From contig OX597832.1 in NCBI GenBank assembly GCA_951406725.2, positions 30,318,001-30,382,000 of the forward strand: a DNA stretch of 64,000 nt, written 5' to 3'. Every line of letters begins with the position of its first letter. Within the stretch, counting starts at the first letter, position 1. The position numbers were made by a program, and so were the translations under genes. This DNA comes from Octopus vulgaris. Lineage: Eukaryota. The notes beneath the pieces were generated by a model that saw only the letters and a program-made list of their open reading frames with translations, made no database searches and was not told the DNA's origin. Below are positions 53,009-64,000 of this stretch, in pieces.

Positions 53009-54366
53009 CTAATAGGCAAGTGTAAGAGCTATTAATAGTTTCATGCTTTTATGATACTTTAACGCGCCATCTGTCTCTATTTATGTATTATATATATTTC
53101 AAAAACATAAATCTGCTCATTCCTTTTTATGTAACATTTACATGTGCGCATTATGGATTGTGTCGTGAAGTTCTTATTTGTATATGTTCAAATGTGAGTA
53201 AGAGGTGTGGTGATTATATCTTTAACTTAGATGTCAATGATAGTCTTTTAAGCTTGGTAAATCCAGACAATTTCATTCCATTGAAAAAATAAATTTTTAT
53301 TCAGGTCACTAGCCCAGACCAATTACTAAAATGGCGTTAGCTTTAATGTTGGTTTCATATTTTGGCACAAGGTCAGCAATTTCGGGGGAGGGAGGAAAGT
53401 CGATTACGTCGACGCCAGTGCTTAACTGGTATTTATTTTATCGACCCCGATAGGATAGAAAGCAAAGTCGACCTTGGCGGAATTTGAACTCAGAACACGA
53501 AGACGGACGAAATGCCGCAAAGGTTAGCTTAAATATGATCAACCGACTTACAACGGTGGTCCCCGTAGGGCGTCTATTACAGATCCCTCTCTATAAAGCT
53601 GCTACCCGTTTATGTATTCTTCATCAGTTTTCCAAATTATTCAAAAGTGTCATTCGCAACCTTTTTCCGAAATCAATTTTAGATATTTTAGACAAATTAT
53701 TCCTGAGACGACAGATTTGTAATAAACAGTTTTAAAACACAAGGAACACATTGAAAGGAATCGGTAACCAGGTTTAATACCATCACTTGGTGCTGTTCAG
53801 TTGGAAGGATTCAGGTCTCTGGTCTTTGGTCCGAGGATAACTTACCCCTTCTCCTAGCAGCTCTGGATAACAGGCAAATGGCGAAGTATGATTGCTGCTT
53901 TGCCTCTGATAAAGAGCCACAGGCGAATGTTCTGGCTTCATGTGATATAAAACAGAAAGAGAGGGTAGAGATTACGTACGGAGATGGTACTGAGGCCAGA
54001 TATGAAGAGAGTTTGGAAGTCGTGTAAGGAAATATGACGCAACAGAGGCCAAGTATGAAGTTAGCACAGAATATATTAGGATGGTATGGAGATCATATAA
54101 GAGAAGTGATACATGAAGATAGTGTCGAGGTCGTGTATAAAGATGGATAGAGGTTTGCATATTGGCTTAAGATGCTTGCAGTGTCATTGTGGATATATTT
54201 AGCTGACAAGTCTTAAACGTTATTAACCTTTGATCTTCAGTGTAGAACATCAGGGAATATAGGGGGATAAAAGAGGGAGAAAAGTGGGATAAAAGGAGGA
54301 AAATGGAATTCAGTTCAAATCAGTTAGTTACTAAACAGTTGTAGTTGAAGCTCTCGTTGCTATTGT

Positions 54367-54399
<33 letters not shown>

Positions 54400-54436
54400 G
54401 AAAACTGAGAATAAACAGAAAAAAAGATTGTATCTT

Positions 54437-55077
54437 GGGAGGGTCATCACGTCAGTAATAACCACACGCACTGGTTCTGTTTCATTTCTTTTCTATTAGT
54501 CAATCGATTACTTATTTAACCAGCAAACTAATAGATTGCTTGCTTAATCATTCGGTTAATCAATCAGTCATGTACATGAGAAACAGAGAGGGAGAGAGAG
54601 AGATATATGGCTATACTATATAAATATTGATTCTACATTTTGGCATTGGGTCAACAATTTCGGAGGAGGGAGACTAAGTCGATTACATCAACTCCAGTGC
54701 CCAAATGGTAATTATTTTATCGACACCGAAAGGATGGAAGGCAAAGTCGACCTCGGCGAAATTTGAACTCAGAACATAAAGACAGACGAAACGCCACAAA
54801 GCATTTTGCTTGACGTGTTAACAACTCTGCCAGCCCGACGCCTAAAATTCTACACAAATAGGAACCAAACAACTGACAGACTTGAAAAGGAGCATGTCAT
54901 TGATGAGGTCGCGAAAAGCGACGAAAGGACTTTGACAAACAACTGATTGATTGATTAACCGACTGATTAAGCAAGCACCCGATTAATTGGTTGGTTAAAT
55001 AACTTAGCAATTGGCTAATAATAAGGAGGTGAGATAAAACCAGTGCGTGTGTTTATTACAGGCGTTATGACCTCCCC
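54437..55077. repeat. Degenerate inverted repeat (arms 54437-54570 and 54943-55077) with a family-A SINE in the spacer
   Basis: CACACGCACTGGTT/AACCAGTGCGTGTG and TGCTTGCTTAATCA..CGGTTAATCAATCA/TGATTGATTAACCG..TGATTAAGCAAGCA. Confidence 0.85.
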
Positions 55078-55254
55078 CACCTCCACCCATCGACCAAGGT
55101 ACAACAAAATGTGTTTCAACACGACGTGTTCACATCAAGAATTTTGCAAATCAAATACAAGAACAGAAAAAGATTATCAGGCAATTCGAAATATATGATT
55201 TTAATTAAATAAACACCTGTGCTTGCTCACGTTCACACATAGACATACGCGCAC

Positions 55255-55960
<706 letters not shown>

Positions 55961-56355
55961 ACACAGAATTACGTACATCCATACATGGACATCAGTGAAA
56001 AGAGATCGGAAATACTGTGGAAAGAGAATGAAGATTTTTGATCAAATTGGTCGATGGAATAATTAAAAGACTCTTATCGTCCATGGAACACGACCTTTCG
56101 TCTTGTTATGCGATAAAAACTAGTTTTGTTTGCGTTTTGTTTTCGCTTTTTCTTTTTTTTTTGTAGTTTTTTGCAGTACAATTTAAAATTATTTCTGGCG
56201 ATACAATATCAAAGGATCTGAAACAAAAATGTCCTTTCAGAATTGTTCTTGTTAATATTGCATTTTTCCTACAGTGTGTTGTACAATTTTACTGTTGGAA
56301 GTGAAAAAAAGCAAACGGCTGCTTTTTTGACTTTATATTCTCAGTTTCATGGGTT

Positions 56356-56361
56356 TTTATT
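56356..56361 (-). terminator. Possible ARX polyadenylation signal (AATAAA on minus strand)
   Basis: tttatt on plus strand about 275 nt past the stop; the UTR may well be longer. Confidence 0.25.
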
Positions 56362-56635
56362 TTTTGTATTTTGTTCAGTTTTCTGTTTTGGATTTCTCGA
56401 ATCTTTGTAATTAAATGCGAAATTTGGCAGGTAGAAAAATGTTAATGTAAATAAAAAAAAACAAAGAAACTCCCTTATCTTTCCATTTAGTTTTTGAACA
56501 AATATTAGTTAATCAATGGAATTAATGCAGTTATTTTCTCTAAATTTCACAGAATTTCGTTGTTATAAATTTAGTTGTAAATTTTACAATATTTTGTTGT
56601 TTTCTTTCTTGTTTTTTCCCCCAAATATTCGCCCC

Positions 56636-57292
56636 TTAATAAACAATACTGTTACATTTGCCATTAAGCCCGAGCCTAATTTCGTGTTCTCTGGCTCTCA
56701 TTCGAAGAGCAGCTATACTTGATGAACGTCTGTCAGCGTCAGCGAAACTTCCCGAGGTTACCGTCAGTCCTGCCGTGGTTGGCGGAGATTGTGACGCCGA
56801 TGTCGACTCTCCAGAACTAACGTTGTTGCTGGCAGGCGACCCGTTGCCGTTACTGTTGCCATCGCGGGTCTTTGCCGCCGTTGACGTCATACTTGCCAAA
56901 AGATGCTGGAAAGAGCCAGGAGGAGGTAAATGTGTGCTGAACGAAGGAAAAGATCTTATCTGAGACGATGACGTGGACGACAACCCCGCTGCTGCTGCTA
57001 ACGCCATAGGACTGTAAAACCCGGCTGCGGCGGCAGCAGCGGCAGCAGCAGCAGCAGCAGCTGCTGTTGGGGGTGAGAACTGTGGGTTCGCACCCTGGGC
57101 CGAGGCCAGAGTGTATCGACCAAGGATATGGTTTTCGTAGGATTTCATCAAGAGATCCGCATAACTTTGATGGCTGGGCAACACTCCAACGCGTCCAACA
57201 TTCAGATTATTGGAATAGGGGCCATAAAGATGGGATTGGGGACCGACCTTTTCTTTCTTGCGCCATTTTGCTCTGCGATTCTGGAACCAAAC
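56636..57292 (-). CDS. ARX: Terminal coding exon (218 aa) of an aristaless/ARX-like paired-class (Q50) homeobox gene
   Basis: ttgttcag|GTTTGG acceptor at the classic PRD-class Q|VWFQNRRAKWRK intron position. HD C-terminus KWRKKEKVG, 14-Ala tract, C-terminal OAR motif DRRSSSIAALRMRAREHE, TAA stop. Linkage to POLA1 supports ARX orthology. Confidence 0.88.
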   Translation of the reverse strand, partial: VWFQNRRAKWRKKEKVGPQSHLYGPYSNNLNVGRVGVLPSHQSYADLLMKSYENHILGRYTLASAQGANPQFSPPTAAAAAAAAAAAAAAGFYSPMALAAAAGLSSTSSSQIRSFPSFSTHLPPPGSFQHLLASMTSTAAKTRDGNSNGNGSPASNNVSSGESTSASQSPPTTAGLTVTSGSFADADRRSSSIAALRMRAREHEIRLGLNGKCNSIVY

Positions 57293-57608
57293 CTGAACAA
57301 AGAAAAAGAACAAGAAATATATATTAGAATATAAAAAAATATATGGTAAACTAGCGAACACTGTTCTGTATAGAACCATAGACTTCATTGCAATGGCAGA
57401 GAAATCGTCTGCATTATACATATATATACACCATTTTAACGTATGTAGAATATATTTGGTTGATGAGCGAGGGAATAAAAGTATCTCCCTGGGTAGAAAC
57501 CTTTCTGTCCGTGGCTTTGCACCAAAAGAGATGGTGCTGGAGAAATATGTTCTATTTTATACAAATATGGCTGGCGTAAACACGGAATTTCACGTTTTGA
57601 TTCTGTGG

Positions 57609-57672
<64 letters not shown>

Positions 57673-57784
57673 CGTGTCATTATTCAGTTTTATTTCAAAA
57701 TTTCTTGCCAATAGAGAAAGAATCGGTTTCTAACCTAGATCCAAGGCTCCTTCACTGGAATTTCAACATCTACAGGGTGTTTTT

Positions 57785-58020
57785 GTATGTATGTATGTAT
57801 GTACGTATGTATGTACGTATGTATGTATGTATGTATGTATGTATGTATGTATGTATGTATGTATGTATGTATGTATGTATGGTATGTATGTATGTAGTAT
57901 GTATGTAGTATGTATGTATGTATGTATGTATGTATGTATGTATGTATGTATGTATGTATGTATGTATGTATGTATGTATGTATGTAGTATGTATGTATGT
58001 ATGTATGTATGTATGATGTA
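57785..58020. repeat. (TATG)n microsatellite
   Basis: Direct reading. Confidence 0.95.
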
Positions 58021-58754
58021 TGCGTGCATCAACTCAGCTTTAATTCCATCTCAATCCTCAACATATTCATAAAATCAATTCTATTCTTTTAGCAGAAAGC
58101 TTTCTGCAGCAATCCAATACAAAAGATGTTTTCTGAGCTATTAACAGTTCACAAGTGTTTTTTTCACTTGTTTCATCAATCAATCAGAAGATTATTAATT
58201 AGTGTTGGCAATATTAATGAAACTATTTTATTTTATTATTTACAGTCTGATGTAACGGTCATGAATGTATCATCCGAAAGATAAATTGTTATTTGTGGGA
58301 CTTGAACCCGTGACTCACACGAACGTAATTGAACAGTCATACGTAATTTAGGCAGATAATAATTTGCATAAAACTAAACGCTACATTGAGAAGAAAGCTT
58401 GAAGCAGTCGCCACCCCTTTCCTCGCATGGTATGTACTTCTTTAAAAATAAAACAATTTTGTTAAACAAGTTTGCTCGGTTGCCTTTCTACTCGAAGTGC
58501 GAAATTATTTCGAAGGCTGGGCGATTGGCAATAGACTTCCAACAATGCTCATGACGCTTACTGACAATTGTAGCCCATCAAAAGTTTATTATTTTCAAAA
58601 AATGGATTACTTTACCCTTTGGAATATCTCACAGGCCAGCATTTTACAATAACTAGTCTCAGAGTTACGAAATTACCACGAAACTGATATCCATGTCTCA
58701 ATATTGGATTCTATTCGGGAAAACACCCATTTATATCATTCCTCTTCATTATTT

Positions 58755-58925
58755 TGCTCTGCAGCTACGCCCCGCCATGGTCGGGTTTCGTGACCAACCA
58801 ACGACTCTGCTCAGAACCTGTGATGTGTCCTGTTACTTGTACGATTCAGAAAACCCAGCTCAGACTGTTTGGCTGTGTTGCTCGGGTTTCCGAGTTCGAT
58901 CCTCCAAACCGATTGCAACAAGGTA
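58755..58925 (+). mobile_element. RTE-clade LINE fragment
   Basis: VTNQRL...IQKTQLRLFGCVAR, similar to the RRxQLRWFGHVAR motif. Confidence 0.65.
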
Positions 58926-59309
58926 ATTTTTCTGTTATATTTTAGTTCAGTTTTAACCCTTTTATTTGTTTCACTAACATATTTATCCTATTTTGAGCTG
59001 AACTTTGTTCCACCGAGTTGTTACTAGTTGAGGCTTTTTCCTCAAAAAAGTTTGAAGAAAGAAGAAACGTTTTTTTTTTTTCACTATTGTTAATCAAAAT
59101 TGTTATACAATAAATGTTGTGGTGTTGATCTCTGAACCAGATTTTACTGTTTCTCAAGAACAAACTTCACTGGGGTTATAATTTGACGTTCAACTCAAAG
59201 GACAGGGTATCAAGGGGAATGTAAGAATGATGGTGGTGGGGAGGAGGAACAACTGAGGAAGTAAAGGTAGAAAAACAAAGAGATGGTTGGGAGAGAATAA
59301 GGTGCAAAT

Positions 59310-59607
59310 TTCCTTCTCGAGCCATGCCTGGCTCATAGGGCCGGTTTCCTGGTTTCCTTGGCGTATAGGTTCCCCACCTGGACGGGACGCGGGTCCGTCG
59401 CAGGTGAGCTGTAAGATGCAGGAGGAAAGAATGAGAGAAAGTTGTAGTGAAAGACTCAGCAGAAGTTCACCATTACCTTCTGCCGGAGCCGCGTGGAGCT
59501 TAGGTTTTTCGCTCATAAACACACACATCGCCCGGTCTGAGATTCGAACCCGCGATCCCTCGACCGCGAGTCCGCTGCTCTAACCACTAGGCCATGTACC
59601 TCCACGC
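59310..59607 (-). mobile_element. tRNA-derived SINE, family D, with 13-bp target-site duplication
   Basis: Head GTGGAGGTACATGGCCTAGTGGTTAGAGC...GGTTCGAATCTC; TSD ATAAGGTGCAAAT at 59297-59309 and 59608-59620. Confidence 0.9.
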
Positions 59608-60169
59608 ATAAGGTGCAAATAGCTAAATATATCTGTATTTATAAATAAAGTACGGCAGATAGTGCTATATTTGCGAGGAAATTATTAATTCCCCACCTGA
59701 CATCATTTATCGCCATCGTACAGCAGCTGAAATCAAGTTCGATTTTAAGTTACCAATAATGTTGGTGAATATTGTCCAAGGCGGACTATTCCACCAAACA
59801 GTATGGCCATAAATATACTGATTTATGATCGTAGATCTGTCTATTCTGAGCTGACCTAGGGTTAAACAACAACCAGAAAATCAAAGGCAAATCCCTAATG
59901 AAGCGTATCCATTCTTGGATCATTGAATGAGACAATATGGCGCTTTATTGGATTAAAGATGGATTAAAGTTATGGTTGAAACCCTTCGTTGGAGAGTTCT
60001 CCTTATTTATGGTGGTCCCACTTAAGTGTCACGTGCATTGACATATCGGAGACAAGGCCATGTAATCTACAGTTAAAGAACAATGTAATAAGAAGAATTA
60101 ATAGTTGATTTCATAAGATGCCATAGGTAAGATGCCATAAGTGAAATTTTTATATTTCCTCTCTAAGGA

Positions 60170-60560
60170 TTACTTACTTACTTGTGCAGCATTCACCCGG
60201 GGTGGGTTGAGCTGGCTTCATTCATCCTTAATGGTGCATCTCTCACAAACGCCGACCAGGCCTGGCGATCTGAGGCTAACAACCGCGTGATCTCCAACCA
60301 CTCCCTATTCCAGCGGCGAACGCCGTAGACATGGGGGCGGGCTAGGTTGGGTTCCAGATCAGCCCCGACTGTCACCAGCCAGGTTTCCCGTTGTCCACCA
60401 CATCGCCCCCGCCAATCCTGAATGGGGGCTAGGGTAATTGCCCCGTAGATGAATTCTTGCGGCTGGGGACCGCTAGCGAACTTCCTATTCCCAAGATCCT
60501 TCAAACATTCTTCATGTGCATCTCTAAGGATAGTCTTCGGACTAGCCGAGCCCTTCGAAC
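60170..60560 (-). mobile_element. 3' end of an RTE-clade LINE
   Basis: W(R)GRCGGQRETW...LASDRQAWSAFVRD C-terminal motif, then stop and (TAAG)n tail. Confidence 0.75.
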
Positions 60561-61349
60561 ATCAAGTCGGATACTTTACGGTATCTGCCCCGGCCCTCAA
60601 ATCTATAACTTCAAATCGCACCAAGGTCAACTTTGCTTTCATTCATTCAGGTTCGATTAAGTATTGATCCATTTGATAAGATACCTTATCGCATCTGTTT
60701 CAGTTGCGGAACGAAGTTCTGGCACGGAAGGAAAAAAATCGGGTTTTCCGGAATGTGACAAAAACCTGTGATAAGCTTCGGAATGCCTTGAGCAAACGTC
60801 CGAGTATTTCAACAAATTTATGGTCAATGTCAGCCCAGCCACTGGAAGGAAAGAATTCAAGAGGAACTTCCCTCTAAACTCTGGACAATCAATAAGGATT
60901 ATTTATAGCTCTTTGCCGTTCTGACTAAATTACCGAATCTCTTCTGGCTGTATTAAATTTTAATTATTGCAGCATTAATCGACTTTGTACGGCCATCTCT
61001 CTTCATTAATAATATATATAACTGTCACAAGCAAGCAATGGTTTCATAAGTAAATTTACAATGCTGTATTAGTCTGTATCGTAACATATATTTCTTAAGA
61101 AGTCCAACACGGTTATAGCTGAGGTTTAAATCGGGGGTTTCGTTTAATAAGATGGTAGGGTGAGATTTGAGGAAAATACGATTGTTACTTCTAGCTAAAT
61201 GAGTGGCCTTGTGGAGGCTTCTGTGTCACTTGCAGACTGTGATACATAAACACCTGCCGTAAGCAACAATAGTGATTACAGTTTCAACCTTTTGTTGATT
61301 TCTTCACTATTTTTTATACAACATCTCTTCTCAATTGTGTATACAAGTG

Positions 61350-61454
61350 TGTGTATATGTATGTGAGTATATATGTGTATATGTATGCGTATATGTGCAT
61401 ATGTATGAATATATGTGTACCTATATATGTTTATATATGTGTGTGTATGTATGC

Positions 61455-61492
<38 letters not shown>

Positions 61493-61754
61493 GTATGTGT
61501 ATATATATATATATTTACGTGTATGTTTGTGTACGTGTGTGTGAGTATGCATATGTGCGTGCCTTTCCCTAGGATAACATCGGTGATGTGGAGAGGCGAG
61601 GGTGGTATGCATGGGCAACTGCTGGTCTTCCATAAACAACCCTGCCCAGATTTGTGCCTCGGAGGGTAACTTTTCAGGTGCAATCCCATGGTCATTCATA
61701 ACAGAAGGGGTCTTTTTATGTGTGTGTGTATAAAATGTGTGTGCGTGTGTGTGA

Positions 61755-61791
<37 letters not shown>

Positions 61792-61819
61792 CATACATAT
61801 ATTTGTGTAAGTATACATG

Positions 61820-61876
<57 letters not shown>

Positions 61877-62090
61877 GTATATATGTATACATGTCTGCGT
61901 ATATAACTGCGTTTATGTACCTGCGTACGTATATATATATATATATAAGTAAATGTGCGTTTATCTATGTGCGTGCGTGTGTGTGTATATATATATACAC
62001 CTATCTATGTGTGTGTATGTATGTATATGTGTGTATAATTGTGTGTATCTGTGTGCGTATATACATACATACATATATCTATGTGTGTAA
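61350..62090. repeat. (TA/TG)n microsatellite fields flanking a family-E SINE fragment
   Basis: Direct reading. Confidence 0.9.
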
Positions 62091-64000
62091 GTATTAGGTG
62101 AAAAAGTTTTTAATAAAGCGAAGAGTCCTTGTGATTGCTCGTCCATGACACTGCTGTGAATTGCCTTGAGGCTGGTTTACAGATGTAATGAGTCTACACA
62201 GATTAATTGATTAAAATTCCACCTGGAGTGAGGGGAAAGAATCATTAGGTTTGATGATTGAATCTTGGCTTTGAACTAAAGAGAGATAACTCTGGAAATG
62301 TTTCGGTGTTATCAAACCTCTACAGCAAAGCGTTTTTATTATTCGCTGTCAGAGGAAAATTAAGGCATGCATTAGCATAATCACTTGGCTTTCTCACAAC
62401 GTATAGAATTCTAATTAATTAACACTTCTTAATTCTTTTATATTATACTAACAGCTGCTATACCATTCGGCTTTCCTGTAGAGCGTGTCCCTAGATATTT
62501 GACTTTTTGTATTTTGCTAAGTGATTAATAAGCATAGCTTAATTAAATTCTTTAATCAATACGATGTAATAAATAATATAATTGCTCCATATTTGATAGA
62601 TTCTCTCTGACTTGAAACAACGTGAAATTTAGATGATTACATCTTTCGCTACACTCTCCTCTTCTTCCTTCTTTACTTGTCTCTGAAACCATATTTTGTG
62701 GTGGTGGTTTCTTAAACGTCCCCGTATCCCCGTTACAGTAGAGGAATTTGATTTTTAGACGAGGAATTTTAATAACCTGTTTAAATTGCATATAATTCTC
62801 GCTCAAATTCTCGGTCCAGCCTCATTCAGATACTTGAAAACAGTTCTTTGCTATATTTGTACAATATTTCGCGAAGTTTGCCAGTCAAGGTGCCTCACGG
62901 AATTTGGTACTGACTGGAAGAGTGCATCCTCCAAACAAGATTACGAGCCTCTTTACTTTTACTTTCTGCGTCCGTTCACCACCGAATCCTCAACAACTTT
63001 GAAATAATCACCAAGACAATATGATTGCATCAAACACAAGATGAAAACACACACACACACACCTAAAATTTAACTTCTTCTCCGTGCAACCAAGGCCTGA
63101 TCCTCATTGGAAGTACTATGTAGATCATGGCTGGCAAAGATCTTGTATAATGTGGACTATCGGTGACAGTACGAAGTGCAGCCACAATTTTTAGTCGAGA
63201 GATTCTTCAGGCAGCCAGCTATGACATCCAACAACTAGAACAGTATGTCTACCAAAAGGAACTTGTCTTGGTTCCAGATAAAAAGAAATACACGGATCAA
63301 GCTACCTCTGACATTTCACTCGGGTACGATAGTGATCCTCGATGCTTCTGGAACAAGTAAAACGTTTCTTGATTAATCTAGTTTTGGCAAAATTTCCTTC
63401 ACTCGACCCGATTGCTATTGCAGTCTGCTCAAGTGAAAGAACACAGTCACAAAGGTATCACACAAACAAGCCTACAAAAAAAAAACAACTTTAGAAATTT
63501 ACCTGTATTGCAATAAAGAATTTATATGCAAATATAATACAAGAACTGCACAAAAATTTGCTAAATTTAAACAAAAAAAATGTTTTTATATATTCGGCCC
63601 CCTGGCAACATTGAGTATGTCTGCTTGTGTGTAGATTGCGGTTGATGTGATTGCTCAACAGCCAACATATCGACATTAATATTGATAACAGTAAATCGAA
63701 AAGCTATGGCATATAGTGACTCTATGGGAGTTTTCTAATACAAAAACGTTACCCCAGACCCATTACACCAAACATATTTACTCCCCCCACACACACACAT
63801 TGCGATGTGGGTAATCGGCGAGGCCGTCATCCCTTGGTTAATCAAAACTAAGTTTTCACTTTCTGTATGTTTATAGACACGTTAGAGCTACCTTCGTAGT
63901 CGCCATTGTGAAGCAGAGCAACAACAACCATATTTGTCAATATTTAGGTTTCTTTGTTTTTTTGTATTTTCTTGTGGAAAATAAAGAAAGAAAACTGTTA

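Larger units (their letters stand above)
57293..64000 (-). other. Intron of the ARX-like gene (more than 6.7 kb); upstream homeobox exons outside window
   Basis: No ...TEARVQ|gt exon found on the minus strand in this interval. Confidence 0.7.

Noticed and set aside
57293-57421. N-terminal 43 aa of the 261-aa ORF (MYNADDF...FFFVQ)
   Set aside because: Intronic read-through; a polypyrimidine tract and CAG acceptor sit exactly at the conserved homeobox intron position.

Overview
Eukaryotic, AT-rich, microsatellite- and SINE-dense genomic DNA. The repeat families suggest a coleoid cephalopod, probably Octopus (inference). Positions 255-23643 (+) hold the last 24 coding exons of the DNA polymerase alpha catalytic subunit (POLA1). 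I spliced them by hand: all introns are GT-AG, phases are consistent, and the total is 2742 nt (913 aa plus stop). Positions 57292-56636 (-) are the terminal coding exon of an aristaless/ARX-type paired-class homeobox gene, with homeodomain helix 3, a 14-Ala tract and an OAR motif; its upstream exons lie beyond the window. The two genes are convergent with about 33 kb between stop codons, the same tail-to-tail POLA1-ARX arrangement as on human Xp22. This points to a very ancient conserved gene pair or regulatory block. The introns and spacer contain several SINE families, piggyBac-type MITEs, a Helitron, a Helentron/DINE-like element, LINE fragments, two degenerate Penelope-type minimal hammerhead ribozyme motifs and several long fold-back hairpins. 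There are also unique-sequence islands rich in developmental TF motifs (candidate ARX enhancers) and a clear CpG-decay contrast between the POLA1 gene body and the ARX side. Almost all ORFs in the supplied track outside these exons are spurious repeat translations. No database searches or folding computations were run.
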